A stretch of 64,000 nt of DNA from Fistulifera solaris (taxonomy: Eukaryota): NCBI GenBank assembly GCA_030295235.1, contig AP026136.1:1178001-1242000 (forward strand). Direction: 5' to 3'. Below, piece by piece: positions 12,264 through 23,673 of the stretch (positions are counted from its first letter, which is position 1; every line of letters begins with the position of its first letter). The notes beneath the pieces were generated by a model, which was not told the DNA's origin, did no database searches, and worked only from the letters and a program-made list of their open reading frames with translations. Made by a program: the position numbers and the translations under genes.

Positions 12264-12922
12264 TGAAATGTTTCGTTTGATTGCAACAGGGATTTAATAA
12301 ATAATTATCTCCTGCATCATCCGCTGCACAATATCTGCTTTCTCCATCGTTCGATATAACGTCAAGGTTCTTTTTTTTTAAATTGCCCGCGAAGCCGCGC
12401 GGCGCCATCATTTGCGGGAAATTTTATCCTGATCTTTAACGGTAGTCGGTATCCGGGAACATGTGACGATATTTCGCCTCGCCTGGATTTCAGTCAGGAA
12501 CAACTTTCAGGTCGTTGCACATGAAGTTGCCTTCCTTGTATAAACAGTGACCAAGCTATGAAACTAATATCGTAACCGCTAGAAGAATTTATATGGCAAG
12601 CAACCTAGAGCATCCTCACATTTATTTCATGGCCGTTTTCGTTGTTTTCCCTATTTGATCGTGATTGATTTCCATTCGTGATGACTCGTCGCCTACACCT
12701 GCAGTTATAGTGACGTCAGGACCACACTTGGGACTTTTCTTATTCGAAATAATGACACTCGCGACTCGCGACTCGTGACGCAACATCAACAAAAATATTT
12801 CAAATGCAGTTTGTGAAACCAAAATAAAATTTAAAATCCAAGATAAAGCATTTTACGAGCCTTTGTTGTCATAATGATCACTCACCTTCGGAATAACACC
12901 CTCTTGCTCAAAGTTATCATCT

Positions 12923-13704
12923 ATGATGAGTGCCATCTCAAAGGATTTGGCGACTGACCTTTCCACGTTCTACGAGCGTTCTCTTCATGACGAATTCCGC
13001 ACGCCCGAGCCGGGGCATTTGAACCAGCGCACCAAGCTTGTGCATGGAACTGTCTACTCCGAGAAGCTTGCTTCGTCTACTCGATTCTCCTATGCTCTTC
13101 AGCCGAAACTGGAGAACGGCAAGGGCGCCAAGAAGCCTGTCGTAGTTCTCACTGCGACGAAAGACAACAAGTCGAAAAGTCCTTTCATCATCAAGAACGC
13201 GGAAACGGAAAAGGAAGTCGGACGTGTTATGTTGCAATTCAAGACGATGAAATACATTTCTTATGCTGTCTTTCGCGGGGATCTTCAGGTGGCATCTATC
13301 GTCTATCATGTGCCGACGATTCGAAACTTTTGAGTCTCGATCCCCCCCGTATGGCTCAAGTCGCGATCCCCGATCCTATCGAGAAGAATCCAACTTGGCT
13401 GGCTGACGTCTGCAAAGATAGTATCCTTCAGAAGGGTTCTCTCAATGCTGTCGCCGATGAATCTCCCGGTCTAGTGTTGCTTCAGAACGCCGTCCCATAT
13501 AAGAAACCGGATGGTAGCTTGGGTTTGAATTTTTACGGTCGTGGGCAGCAAGCTTCGTGCCGCAACATGCAACTCATTGATACCAATGAAACGGTCGTCT
13601 GCCAGGTTGCGAAATGGGATACGTGTGTTCACAACGTTGACTTTGCGTCTCCTTTCTCGAGCTTCTTAGCCTTTGCGTTTGCGCTAGCTCAGCTTGACCT
13701 TTAA
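12923..13704 (+). CDS. Tubby C-terminal (Tub) domain protein; 1-nt frameshift at T4 13328-13331
   Basis: The C-terminal motif LGLNFYGRGQQASCRNMQL...QVAKW...NVDFASPFSSFLAFAFALAQLD matches the Tub-domain end. The two ORFs join if one T is added. Confidence 0.8.
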
Positions 13705-13974
13705 TGGATGTCGCGCCAAGCTCATAAAGCAACGAATCATAGACAATAATGACTTCTTTCTATAGAATCGATGACTATTGTTCAGCACTACGCTTCTGTA
13801 TTACCTGAATAGAAAGTTTTAGGAATCGTTTCTGCCTTCTTTCGTTACGAACGAGAGCGTCCAGCACATTCGCGTGATCGCCACTTGTTGCCTGGCGTAT
13901 TTCGAGCGAGAAAAAAATACCAAAAATTTTAAAAATCAGTTTGATCGCTCCTATTCAATACTTGTTATCATTCT

Positions 13975-15029
13975 TTAAACTGATTCATTAATTGCTTCTA
14001 CCGACTGTATTCCTACCATGGAAAAGAGTCCTTTGTTTCGAACGATAGCATCCAACACGTCGCGACCTTCGACCACTTTGCCAAAACAAATGTCACCATC
14101 AATCACTTCCCGTTTTTTCTTCTCCCATGTTAATGTAGAACATGGGACCGCGGCTCGAGAAAGCAACTAGATTTCAGTAAGTAACGAGTCATACAAGCGC
14201 ACTTGCATTTCAAAGGTCAACCACATCACTTACCGGAGTACTTCTCATTCTTGTAGTGCTCTGGGCGTTCCACGAAAGCCACTTTCGTTAAATTCGCTTT
14301 CTGGAACTTGTCATTGTCGGTTGTGCCTATCATAGTCGCGTGAATATCGCCAGATCCAGAGTTGCCGTGTACAAGTGACAGTCCGTCATAAAGTTTAGCT
14401 TCCGCTATACGCACGAAATGACTCGCCGCATGCGGTGCTACCTCCACCGGCGCCAACTGAATTACAAAGAAATTTCCAGACGTCAATGTCACTTTCACTT
14501 TGACTGTGATCTTGGGATGATAGAGCTGTAAATGACGATACGACGCTGTCTGAATCGCTTCTTCTAACTCTTTAACGCGCGTCAGATATTTGTTCTCCAT
14601 CTCTTCCGCCTCTTCATAAGCCTGGGAAGCGAAATCAAGGTTGTCACCTTGCCGACGTAAATCAGCCAATAGTTCTTTCTTTGTGGCCTCGATCTTTTCT
14701 GTATCAGCCGTGATTGTTTTCAGAGTGGCCTTGGCGTCCTCCAACTCTCGATCTAGCGATTGCTGCTCTCTGTGTAAGGAAGCCACTTTCTGGCGAGTTT
14801 GTGTCACTTTTGCGTATAACTTGATCTGATACGCCCACGGAGTAAGTGCAATAAATAGTACGATGGCCAGAGTACGATAAGAGATTGCTAATTGTTGTTT
14901 TTCCCGTGATTGCGGGGAAGAACGACGATAAGTGGATGGAAACGATGGCTTGTCGGCTTCTGTCTTCTTTAAAGGAAGTGTCTCCGGAAGAGACGCGCCT
15001 AGATTTCGATGTCGTAATGTGGTGGACAT
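13975..15029 (-). CDS. Membrane-anchored coiled-coil protein with degenerate cyclophilin-like C-terminal domain (2 exons)
   Basis: Contains a TM segment (TLAIVLFIALTPWAY), a coiled coil, then FVIQLAPVEVAPHAASHF...LYDG and VAFSSRGPMFYIN...CFGKVVEGRDVLDAI. An intron lies at ~14167-14232 and there is an apparent indel near 14115. Confidence 0.7.
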
Positions 15030-15511
15030 GTTGGGCTTGAATCATTCAATGGATACAAAGTGACCAACAATCTTCATTGTTTCAGTTCCGTGTCAACGCG
15101 ATGAAACAGTATCGGTACGAAGCCCGGCTCGCGTATTCTTGAGGTTCAAAACACGTTCTTTATTATCAGCACCGGAGCTGCCGACGTATGAAAGTTTTTC
15201 TGTTTTTTCTGTAAAACAACTCACCGGTACGACAGACACTTTTTCGTTCGTTCGTTCGTTCGTTACTCGTTCCTTCACCGACGTCCTTCCTTCCAGTCCG
15301 TCTACCGTTTACCCCCATTACTAAACTAAAAAATGCCGTCCAAATTCCAAATGCGTTTGCCGATCCCTCATCCCAAGGAGATTTGTTGCCATCGCTGTTC
15401 AAAAGAGGTTCTTTCTACTTCCTACTTTCCAAACTTTCGGTTAAATCGTTGGACTGTTTTAACACCCTTCGCCCGAAGTTTATATTATCGATTTTATTTA
15501 TTTACTGAAAC

Positions 15512-16480
15512 ATGCCTCTCTCTACCGAACGCAAAGCCGAGTACTTCACCAAACTAAAGGGTCTTTTGAGCGAATTCAACAAGGCTTTCGTTGTCGAAGT
15601 TGATAATGTTGGATCCAACCAGTTGCAGGTTGTGCGTCAGGCACTCCGTGGTCGTGCTGAAGTTCTCATGGGCAAAAACACCATGATGCGAAAGTGCATC
15701 CGTGAATTCATGGAGGAGAACCCTGACAGCCCTATCGGACAACTCGAGGAGGTTTGCCGTGGAAACATTGGTTTCGTTTTCACCAATGGTGATCTTGGTG
15801 CCGTACGTGAGGTCTTAGAATCGCAAGTTCGTCCCGCCCCGGCCCGTGTTGGTTCCGTCGCGCCTTCTAAGGTCGTTGTCCCCAAAGGTCCTACCGGATG
15901 TGATCCTGGTCAAACTGCTTTCTTCCAGACCTTGCAGATTGCCACCAAGATTACCAAGGGTCAGATTGAGATGGTGAACGATACCGACCTCATTGAGGCC
16001 GGTGAGAAGGTTACTGCTTCGCAAGCTGCTTTGTTGCAGAAGCTCGGCATTGAGCCGTTCACTTATGGTTTGGTCTTGAAGAAGGTCTACGATTCCGGTA
16101 GTTTGTTCGATGCCAAGGTGTTGGACATTACTGACGATGTATTGAAGGCCAAGTTTGCCGAGGCTTTGGCGAAAATCGCTTCCATTTCGTTGGCGATTGG
16201 CTACCCTACCAAGGCATCCGTCCCCCACACTATCGTCAACGCCTACAAGGCCATGCTTGCCATTACTTTGCAGTTGGAGAACTACACCTTCGATAAGGCC
16301 GATATGGTCAAGGAGTACCTTAAGGATCCATCGAAGTTCGCTGGCTCTGGTGGCGGTGGTGGTGGCGGCGCTGCTCCGGTTGCTGCTGCAGCTGCCGCGG
16401 CTGAGCCCGAGGAAGAAGAGGCTGAGGCTCCCGCTGTCGACATGTTCGGCGGCGGCGGTGGCGGTGGTGGAGACTATTAA
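15512..16480 (+). CDS. RPLP0: 60S acidic ribosomal protein P0 (uL10)
   Basis: Canonical motifs VDNVGSNQLQ, LMGKNTMMRK, GNIGFVFT and FFQTLQIATKITKGQIE; intronless with strong codon bias. Confidence 0.98.
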   Translation: MPLSTERKAEYFTKLKGLLSEFNKAFVVEVDNVGSNQLQVVRQALRGRAEVLMGKNTMMRKCIREFMEENPDSPIGQLEEVCRGNIGFVFTNGDLGAVREVLESQVRPAPARVGSVAPSKVVVPKGPTGCDPGQTAFFQTLQIATKITKGQIEMVNDTDLIEAGEKVTASQAALLQKLGIEPFTYGLVLKKVYDSGSLFDAKVLDITDDVLKAKFAEALAKIASISLAIGYPTKASVPHTIVNAYKAMLAITLQLENYTFDKADMVKEYLKDPSKFAGSGGGGGGGAAPVAAAAAAAEPEEEEAEAPAVDMFGGGGGGGGDY

Positions 16481-16630
16481 GCGTGTAATGCATTTACTAA
16501 TTTAGTGTGTCGTTACTATCACTTTCAATTTTATCAACTTTATTAATTCGCGTGTCATGACTGCACAGATAAGATAGGATTGATGAGGTCGACACTACTC
16601 AGAAATCTTCTATGGTTCTATGGCGAAATG

Positions 16631-19009
16631 TTATTCTTTAAGTGCTCGTAACTGCTTTGCCTTGGTCCGAGCAGCTCTTTCACGTGCACCAGAGTCAAGA
16701 AGCTTTTTACGAAGACGAACACTGACGGGTGTCACCTCGATCATCTCATCCGGGCTCATGTAAGCAATGAGCTCCTCTACTGACATTCTTTTGGGATTTG
16801 AAAGCTGGATCTTCTCGTCCTTCGCCTGCGTCCGCATGTTTGTTTTTTCCTTAGCTTTGATCGGATTCACTTCTAAGTCACCGGGTCGAGAGTTCTCTCC
16901 AATCACCATGCCCGAGTAAACTTCCTCACCGGGGCCGACGAACAAAATACCTCGAGCTTCCAAAGTGGACAAAGCAAAAGCAGAAGCTTTTCCCGATGCG
17001 TTGCTCACAAGTTTCCCTTTTTCGTGAAGACTGGACTCGGACCCTGTTCGTTCGCGATCCCCGATGAAAATGTGATGGACGATTGCGCTTCCTCGAGTTG
17101 CTGTAGCAAGCTCGGATCGGAAACCACCGAGCATTCCTCGACTTGGCATCTCAAACACCAACTGAGTCTTCCCCTCCTCTTGGTTTGACATGTTCTGCAG
17201 CACCGCTTGACGCTCTTGACCGGTTAGCAAATTGATGACCGCTCCAGCATATTCCGAATCAACATCTACAACAAGCTCTTCGTACGGCTCAAGTGTTTTC
17301 CCAGTGTCATTGCATATCTTTGTGAGGATACGAGGTGGCGATATTAGGAGCTCAAAACCTTCCCGACGCATCTGTTCCACGAGAATACCAAGCTGCAATT
17401 CACCACGTGCATAGACCACCGTTTTATCAACATCGCTCTCATTTTCGGTTATTTTAAGAGTCACATTGTTATCAGCTTCTGACATGAGGCGGTCTCTGAT
17501 TTGTGATGAAGCGATTTTTGATCCTTCTTGGCCAGCCAAGGGCCCATCATTGGCACCAAAGTCCATCGCTAACGTAGGAGGGGCCAGAGGCGGAGTATCG
17601 AGCGGCTCGAGTACGGGATTGACAACCCCCGTCAGGGTGTCTCCCACGCATATCGAGTCCGGAACACCTGTCAACGTAACGTAGTCCCCTGCGCATGCTT
17701 CTTCTTCTAAAGGGACCCTTCGTATACCTTCGTGGACGAAAATTCCTGATATTGTTGACGGAGGACCTGAGCTATTCGACTGGCCATTTCGCGGTAGTAC
17801 AACAACATCATCATTCTTTTGAATAGACCCAGACATGATCCTTCCACTACAGGTACGACCCAGGAAGGAATCGTAGCCCACTGACACAGCTGCAAGGCTA
17901 AACTTATCATTCATCAGTGAATCAGGTTTCAATGACATTTTCTCGTTCCCTTCAGATACCGACTCGTGGATGAAAATGGTAGGTTCCGGGATTTGTTCGA
18001 GTATTAGGTCCAGCAAAGCGCCCATACTTTGTTTATTCGAAAGATCATCATTCCTGCTTACCCACCCTTCTCTGGCAGATGCATAGACCGTGGTATACTC
18101 CAGCTGTTCTTCTGTCGCACCAAGCACGTCAAATAAATCCAGTATCTGTGTCTCTGTTTCATCGAGACGAGAAGTTGTTCGATCGCATTTATTCAGAACC
18201 ACAATTGGCTTGAGCCCTAATGCGAGAGCGCGAGTTAACACATATTTTGTTTGACTCTTGGGCCCTTCAGTAGCATCAACTACAAGAACAAATCCATCCG
18301 CAACGCCTAATATTCGATCAACTTCCGCACTAAAGTCGGAGTGTCCTGGACTATATGTGAAGAGTGAGTTTCTTGGAATAAGAACGAAGTGAAATGCTAT
18401 CGCACAAAGGAACGAACTCACGTGTCCGCCATGTTTATAATCACGTCGCCATATTGAAGACGTGTCACTTTGCTAGTAATTGTGATTCCACGTTCTTTTC
18501 CAAGTCTCCTGAATCCATCTAAACGAATAACAAGAAACGGGAGTTAACGCTTCAAAAAGCAAACACCATCAAATATCACCCAGACAGGTTTTAACTCACC
18601 AACCGATCGACTGCGTCTGGGTTGTCGGCAGCCACCAATAGCTTATCGACTAAACTTGTCTTTCCATGATCAACGTGTGCAATAACTAAAGGATGTATCA
18701 CCAACAAAATCTGAGCATATGATGTCGACGAAAGAAGAGAGACAGACGTGAGCACCTACCTGCAATATTTCGCATTCCGTGTCTTCGAGCTGTTGTATAT
18801 GGTGCAGAAGATGATGTAAACCTTCTTAAAGACTTGTTCCAAGTCGTTCTTAGGAAGTGACCCCGTCCATCTATTGTCTGGGTCGGTGGAAGTCGAGGAA
18901 CGAATCTTCGTAGTGGTTGTTGACGAACGGAGAAGGTAAAATGACGAAAACTGCTCGGTTTTCGAGCCGATGTCGCCCATCGAGGAGACAAAATGAGATT
19001 GCGTATCAT
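16631..19009 (-). CDS. typA: Translational GTPase TypA/BipA, probably mitochondrial (4 exons)
   Basis: G1 (RNIA|VIAHVDHGKTSLVD), ERGITITSK, DT|PGHSDF, NKCD, RGELQLGILVEQMRREGFE and a BipA C-domain. The N-terminus is Arg/Ser-rich and presequence-like. One base is missing at 18496-18499. Confidence 0.92.
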
Positions 19010-19190
19010 ATTCTTTGAAGAGTACGGCCAAGCTTGTGAAGAATGTTTGTCGGCGTTTTGTGTTGATCGAAAAATAGCATAATGTGTTTGACGTGGAAAG
19101 GAGAAAAAAACAATGAGGGGCCGACGGGGAAAGCGCAAGGAGTGACAGACGACCCCCAGGGGTATTATTTGTAAAAAAATATACTAGTAG

Positions 19191-19522
19191 TAGACCTCTG
19201 TCCGTTCTCCGTTTAACAGGGAATTCCCAACTGGGATCCCAGTTCAATTCCCTTCCTCGTTCATTTTCCCAATTCCCTGTTTAACAGGGAATGAGTGGGT
19301 GGACGTCTGACCGGCAATCAGAGACCTTTATTCCTTTGTTTGCGCGGTAAATCAACAGAAAATCTCTAATCTAAAGCGTTAAGGATTAGGGACTGACTAC
19401 CATATTTCGTAAACGGGACTCATTAATTTGTACAGGGAATGCTCCCAGTTCACTCCTTGTTCGATCAAAATCCCTGTTCACTCCCTCCCTGTTGGAGTGA
19501 ACTGGGAACGGACAGAGGTCTA
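19191..19522. mobile_element. Non-autonomous hAT-type MITE (332 bp)
   Basis: Perfect 17-bp TIRs TAGACCTCTGTCCGTTC (19191-19207) and GAACGGACAGAGGTCTA (19506-19522). An identical 8-bp TSD ACTAGTAG lies at 19183-19190 and 19523-19530. Internal repeats AACAGGGAAT / CCCAGTTCA; no coding capacity. Confidence 0.93.
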
Positions 19523-19638
19523 ACTAGTAGTCAAAACGTTTCTTACGGTTGACTGTAAATAGAAACTTTTATAGCGAGGGGCCCATCTTAATGCGCTGTT
19601 CAGCAAATAGCATTCTATTCTAAACACCCAAACAGACA

Positions 19639-22600
19639 TCATACGAGAAACTCGTCGTCATCGAAGCCACCCTTTGAACCGTTATCATCAAGTCGATTGA
19701 CTATGCTTACGTCGGTGATATCAGGGATACTGATAGCCACAAAATCAGGAACATCAGACTGATGGAGAATTGGCATAGACGGTGATTGCCGTAGAGTGGT
19801 GTTGGCATTCCCTTGTGCTGGCGGTAGATTGCCTTGTTCTAAATCAATTCCACCGAATTTTTCAGCCATACGATCCACACTAACAATACGCCTCACGCCC
19901 AGTCGGTTAAAGAAGTTTCTTCCCGAAGACGTGCGCTCGGGTGGTTTCCTACCACGCCGGCGTTCATCCTCTGAGTCAACACGGCCTGTGTGATCTTTCA
20001 CGTCGCTTGACGAACGAAGATGCGAAAAGGGCTGTCCACCAGAAGAAGCGGTCCGCAAAGGAGGTTTCGTCCCACGAGAAGGTCGTTCTCTATTTCGGGG
20101 CGTCCCCGTCGCAGTGCTTGACAAACCCGCCGGCGATGCAATTGTTCCGCGGTCGTCCCTGTTATCTGGAGGATTCAAAAGTTTTACAAAATTTTTACCA
20201 ATAGTATGCTTTATGGCATCCCCGCTGCGGTTAGACGGCCTTGACGAGTATGTACCATCTGAATCGAGCTGACCGCTTGAGAGGGTGCGCTTGCTAAAAG
20301 ACTTGAAACGATCAGTTGGACCCTGTAAATTGTTATTTCTCGGCTCATCGTCCTTTCTGAAAGATTTGTTATCGCTTGCTGTGCCTTGAGATCTGCGCAA
20401 AACTTCACCTTCAACATTCTTCTGCATGCGCATGACTTCGTTTTCTAATTCCATCTGTAGGTCTCGTAATCGTTCTTCCTTTCGCTTACGTTTCACACCG
20501 AGCCTTCGTTCTCGTTCTCGATTCCTCTTTTCTTCGATCTCCAATGCTTCTTGCCACTGTTCCCACATTACTTCGCCCAAGTACTCGCGAGGGCTCAAGG
20601 CAAGCGACTTTAACAGTCTGCGAAAATGAAAGGCGACTTGCAACGGTGTTGCGTGCAAAGAGAAGCGCAGCGCCGCAAAAACACCCCACTCAGCGTCAAG
20701 CAAGTTCTTAATAGAGAGAGACCATTCTTGTGTGAAGAATTCTAATAAAGATGCAAACATATTGTTGCTTCGCTTGTTTGGCTTGACCAATGACACGAGC
20801 TTTGAAGAGAAATCTGTTTTTTCGTTCTTGTCATTTTCATCGCTTGCAGTGGTAATTACGAGACCTACGTTCGGTTCGTTCAGCTTCGCGGCCAATAGTA
20901 AACAAGCCGCAAAAGATAGTCTGCGGTTGGACTTGTCTACACGACAATCTAGACAGAGTCGCTCGAAATACACGCACGCCAAGGCTACCGTTCCAATTTC
21001 TAGGTTTGACATTACAGCAGCCTTCAACGCCTGCTCTTTCACAGACCGAATTTTCGACAATGTCAGTGATGGCGGAATACGTAGAGTAGGTATTTCCTTT
21101 AAGCCAGTCGTACTTTCTCCTACAGATTCTGCCGATGTAACGGATGACTGTCGCCTGCGATTGGGCTTTGCATCAGACGAAATGTCCTCGCTGGTATGAT
21201 TACTATCGGTCGTCATGTCTACAACCACCGATGTTTCGGCTTCAGCAGGATCTTTCAGTAAATACTTTCCTTCTTGTACATTCACATATGCTCCTATGAA
21301 CTTTCTTGCTGCTTTGGGCGGTTCCCATCCGTCAAACTGCTCTCGAAATTGTTTGTTTAGTTCAGCTTTCAACAACTCTGGTTTCACAAACTGTATTGTC
21401 GATGTCACCATAGGACCGATTACATGATCGCCAATCATCACATTGCGATGGCGTCCCAAAACCATTTCTGGGTCGTCCAAAACACCAGGTACATACGGCT
21501 CCACCGAGTCATCGTCATCTGAAATGGAATCGTCGTCGCCCAACGACTTTTCATCGTCATTATTGGTATCGTACCCACTGTGGCTCCCGTTTTCTTTCCA
21601 ATCTCTTGCCGAGTGTTGCGATAAAAACCGATTAAATGCCTTATCATGGTACTGTTGGTTCAGCATTGTATGTCTTGACCGCCGCATCGGCAATAGAGCC
21701 CGATACGATATACCCCGCCAATCTCGTGTCGGCATGACAAACTGCGAACCTCCACCACCCAAACTTTCTAGTTTCTTTCGCATAAAAGCAGCATGTTCAC
21801 GACGAGGCTCATAGCGAATAACCGAAAATACCGATACAGGATAACTGCTATCGGCGGAAAAAAAGAGTCGGCCATCAAGCATGGGTGCGTGACACAAACC
21901 ATGTGCAGTAGCTCGTTCCCACTCTCGGATAGTAGCTTGTCGCGCCACGGCTTTTTGCTTAGTCTGAATAAGCAAGTTGTTTGTAACGGGTATATTGACA
22001 CGAACAGCAATATCACCATCCAATCGCCTCCCAGGCGTGTATGCCGGCTGCATTACAGTCCCCGCCATTGCTTTGTTCGTTGACTTCGCAGCTTTGCCGT
22101 GTTCTTGTTGAGTAAACTCAGCATGATCGGGTCGCTCTAGTTCATCATCATCATCTTGATCGTCGATAATATTGTGACCATTGTTGTTGCTCTGTTTCAA
22201 AGCAGCACTAGCTTCGTTGCTCTCGGTCTCTCGGATATACTTTTCCCACCAAGTTCCGTGCGCTGCATGTGCAATCGTTTTCGTATCATTGCCGTAGTTT
22301 TGTTGTTGTTCCTCTTGAACTTTTCGTTGCTGCAGTGCCCATCCATTCATCACTAATTGTGGCTCGGCGGCCAAGGGTATGCCCAGCAGAAAATCCAGGG
22401 CTGCAATGTCTCTTGTCACAAATCGATTATCGCTGCCGCGGTAAACGCGCTTGTTGGATTCTTTTGATGCCATACTGTTGTTGTTCGCTGTAGATGTCGA
22501 TAATGCGCTGTTTTGATTCCGCAAAAGACCCTGAGATGTGCTGGAAATAGATCCTTTGCTGCTGTTGTGACGCGGCGACACGGGGCGTGAATAACTGCCC

Positions 22601-22812
22601 AAAGAGTACTGACGCCGTTTAGGTGAACCGTCATTATCACTGTTGTTATTCAACGTATCTTGTCGTTTTTTCTGATACAGACTGAAGGATATTCCTTGCT
22701 CGATGTACTCGTCGTGAGAATTTAATCGTCTTCGGGCTGGTTTCGACACTATAAAATGGTCGTTCGAAGGTTCTTTCTTTGCGGAAAGCGACCAATCGCT
22801 GCTGTTGCTCAT
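19639..22812 (-). CDS. CABLES-like atypical cyclin (cyclin N-box) with long low-complexity arms
   Basis: Single ORF of more than 1050 aa containing PSLTLSKIRSVK...TVALACVYFERL...RRLSFAACLLLAAKLNE and LKAELNKQFREQF. The first ATG is at 22812 (the ORF track start at 22839 is TTG). Confidence 0.8.
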   Translation of the reverse strand: MSNSSDWSLSAKKEPSNDHFIVSKPARRRLNSHDEYIEQGISFSLYQKKRQDTLNNNSDNDGSPKRRQYSLGSYSRPVSPRHNSSKGSISSTSQGLLRNQNSALSTSTANNNSMASKESNKRVYRGSDNRFVTRDIAALDFLLGIPLAAEPQLVMNGWALQQRKVQEEQQQNYGNDTKTIAHAAHGTWWEKYIRETESNEASAALKQSNNNGHNIIDDQDDDDELERPDHAEFTQQEHGKAAKSTNKAMAGTVMQPAYTPGRRLDGDIAVRVNIPVTNNLLIQTKQKAVARQATIREWERATAHGLCHAPMLDGRLFFSADSSYPVSVFSVIRYEPRREHAAFMRKKLESLGGGGSQFVMPTRDWRGISYRALLPMRRSRHTMLNQQYHDKAFNRFLSQHSARDWKENGSHSGYDTNNDDEKSLGDDDSISDDDDSVEPYVPGVLDDPEMVLGRHRNVMIGDHVIGPMVTSTIQFVKPELLKAELNKQFREQFDGWEPPKAARKFIGAYVNVQEGKYLLKDPAEAETSVVVDMTTDSNHTSEDISSDAKPNRRRQSSVTSAESVGESTTGLKEIPTLRIPPSLTLSKIRSVKEQALKAAVMSNLEIGTVALACVYFERLCLDCRVDKSNRRLSFAACLLLAAKLNEPNVGLVITTASDENDKNEKTDFSSKLVSLVKPNKRSNNMFASLLEFFTQEWSLSIKNLLDAEWGVFAALRFSLHATPLQVAFHFRRLLKSLALSPREYLGEVMWEQWQEALEIEEKRNRERERRLGVKRKRKEERLRDLQMELENEVMRMQKNVEGEVLRRSQGTASDNKSFRKDDEPRNNNLQGPTDRFKSFSKRTLSSGQLDSDGTYSSRPSNRSGDAIKHTIGKNFVKLLNPPDNRDDRGTIASPAGLSSTATGTPRNRERPSRGTKPPLRTASSGGQPFSHLRSSSDVKDHTGRVDSEDERRRGRKPPERTSSGRNFFNRLGVRRIVSVDRMAEKFGGIDLEQGNLPPAQGNANTTLRQSPSMPILHQSDVPDFVAISIPDITDVSIVNRLDDNGSKGGFDDDEFLV

Positions 22813-23245
22813 ACTGATGCTTCCTCTCTTTTTTGACAATCTAGAATGAAATTTATATTAGTAACTTTGTTTATGGTTGCGCTTTTAATGTGAAATAGAC
22901 GAATTATGCTGCATGATGGATTTCCTTTTCATTGTTTCGATTGTTGTTTTATTGTTGCGAGTTGCGAATAACATTGTTGATCTTTATCAATCTAATGTCG
23001 CATCGAGTACCGCACCAACATTTTATCGTCCTTCCGTTTGCTCGCGCCGCCAACCCGCCGATGACACGCAGGTAAATTCTTAGCAACAAAACAAACTAGA
23101 AGTACACCAGTACTTTGTATTCATTCATTCTCTGCTTTCTTGTTACAAGTACTATCGTTGTAACGATTGAAATTTAAATCCTTTCAAACTCCCTCTACCT
23201 CAAGTGTCTAAGTCTCTGCTTCATCATTTCTGCACATTTTCCGTC

Positions 23246-23673
23246 ATGGCAAAACATCATCCTGATTTGGTCATGTGTCGAAAGCAACCGGGTGTTGCCA
23301 TAGGTCGCTTGTGTGAAAAGTGTAGGTCCTCGTAACACGAAATCTTGCTTCGTCTTGCCTTGTTTTTTCTCACTCACGCGTTGCCGCGCATGGATCTTTA
23401 TTTATGATTCAAACAGGCGATGGTCTATGTTGCATTTGTAATTCATTCGTCAATCCTCATACACTGGTACATGTCTGTGAGGAATGCAATTACGGAAGTT
23501 TGCAAGGACGGTGTGTTATCTGTGGAAACCCGGGAGTATGCGACGCGTATTATTGTCGAGAATGTGTGCAGCAAGAAAAGGATCGGGATGGTTGTCCTAA
23601 AATTGTTAATCTTGGTTCGACCAAGACGGATTTGTTTTATGAGCGAAAGAAATACGGATTCAAGAAGCGGTGA
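23246..23673 (+). CDS. PHF5A: PHD finger-like splicing factor PHF5A/Rds3 (SF3b subunit), 2 exons
   Basis: Spliced product [33 protein letters not shown]...[30 protein letters not shown]; intron 23322-23416. Confidence 0.97.
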
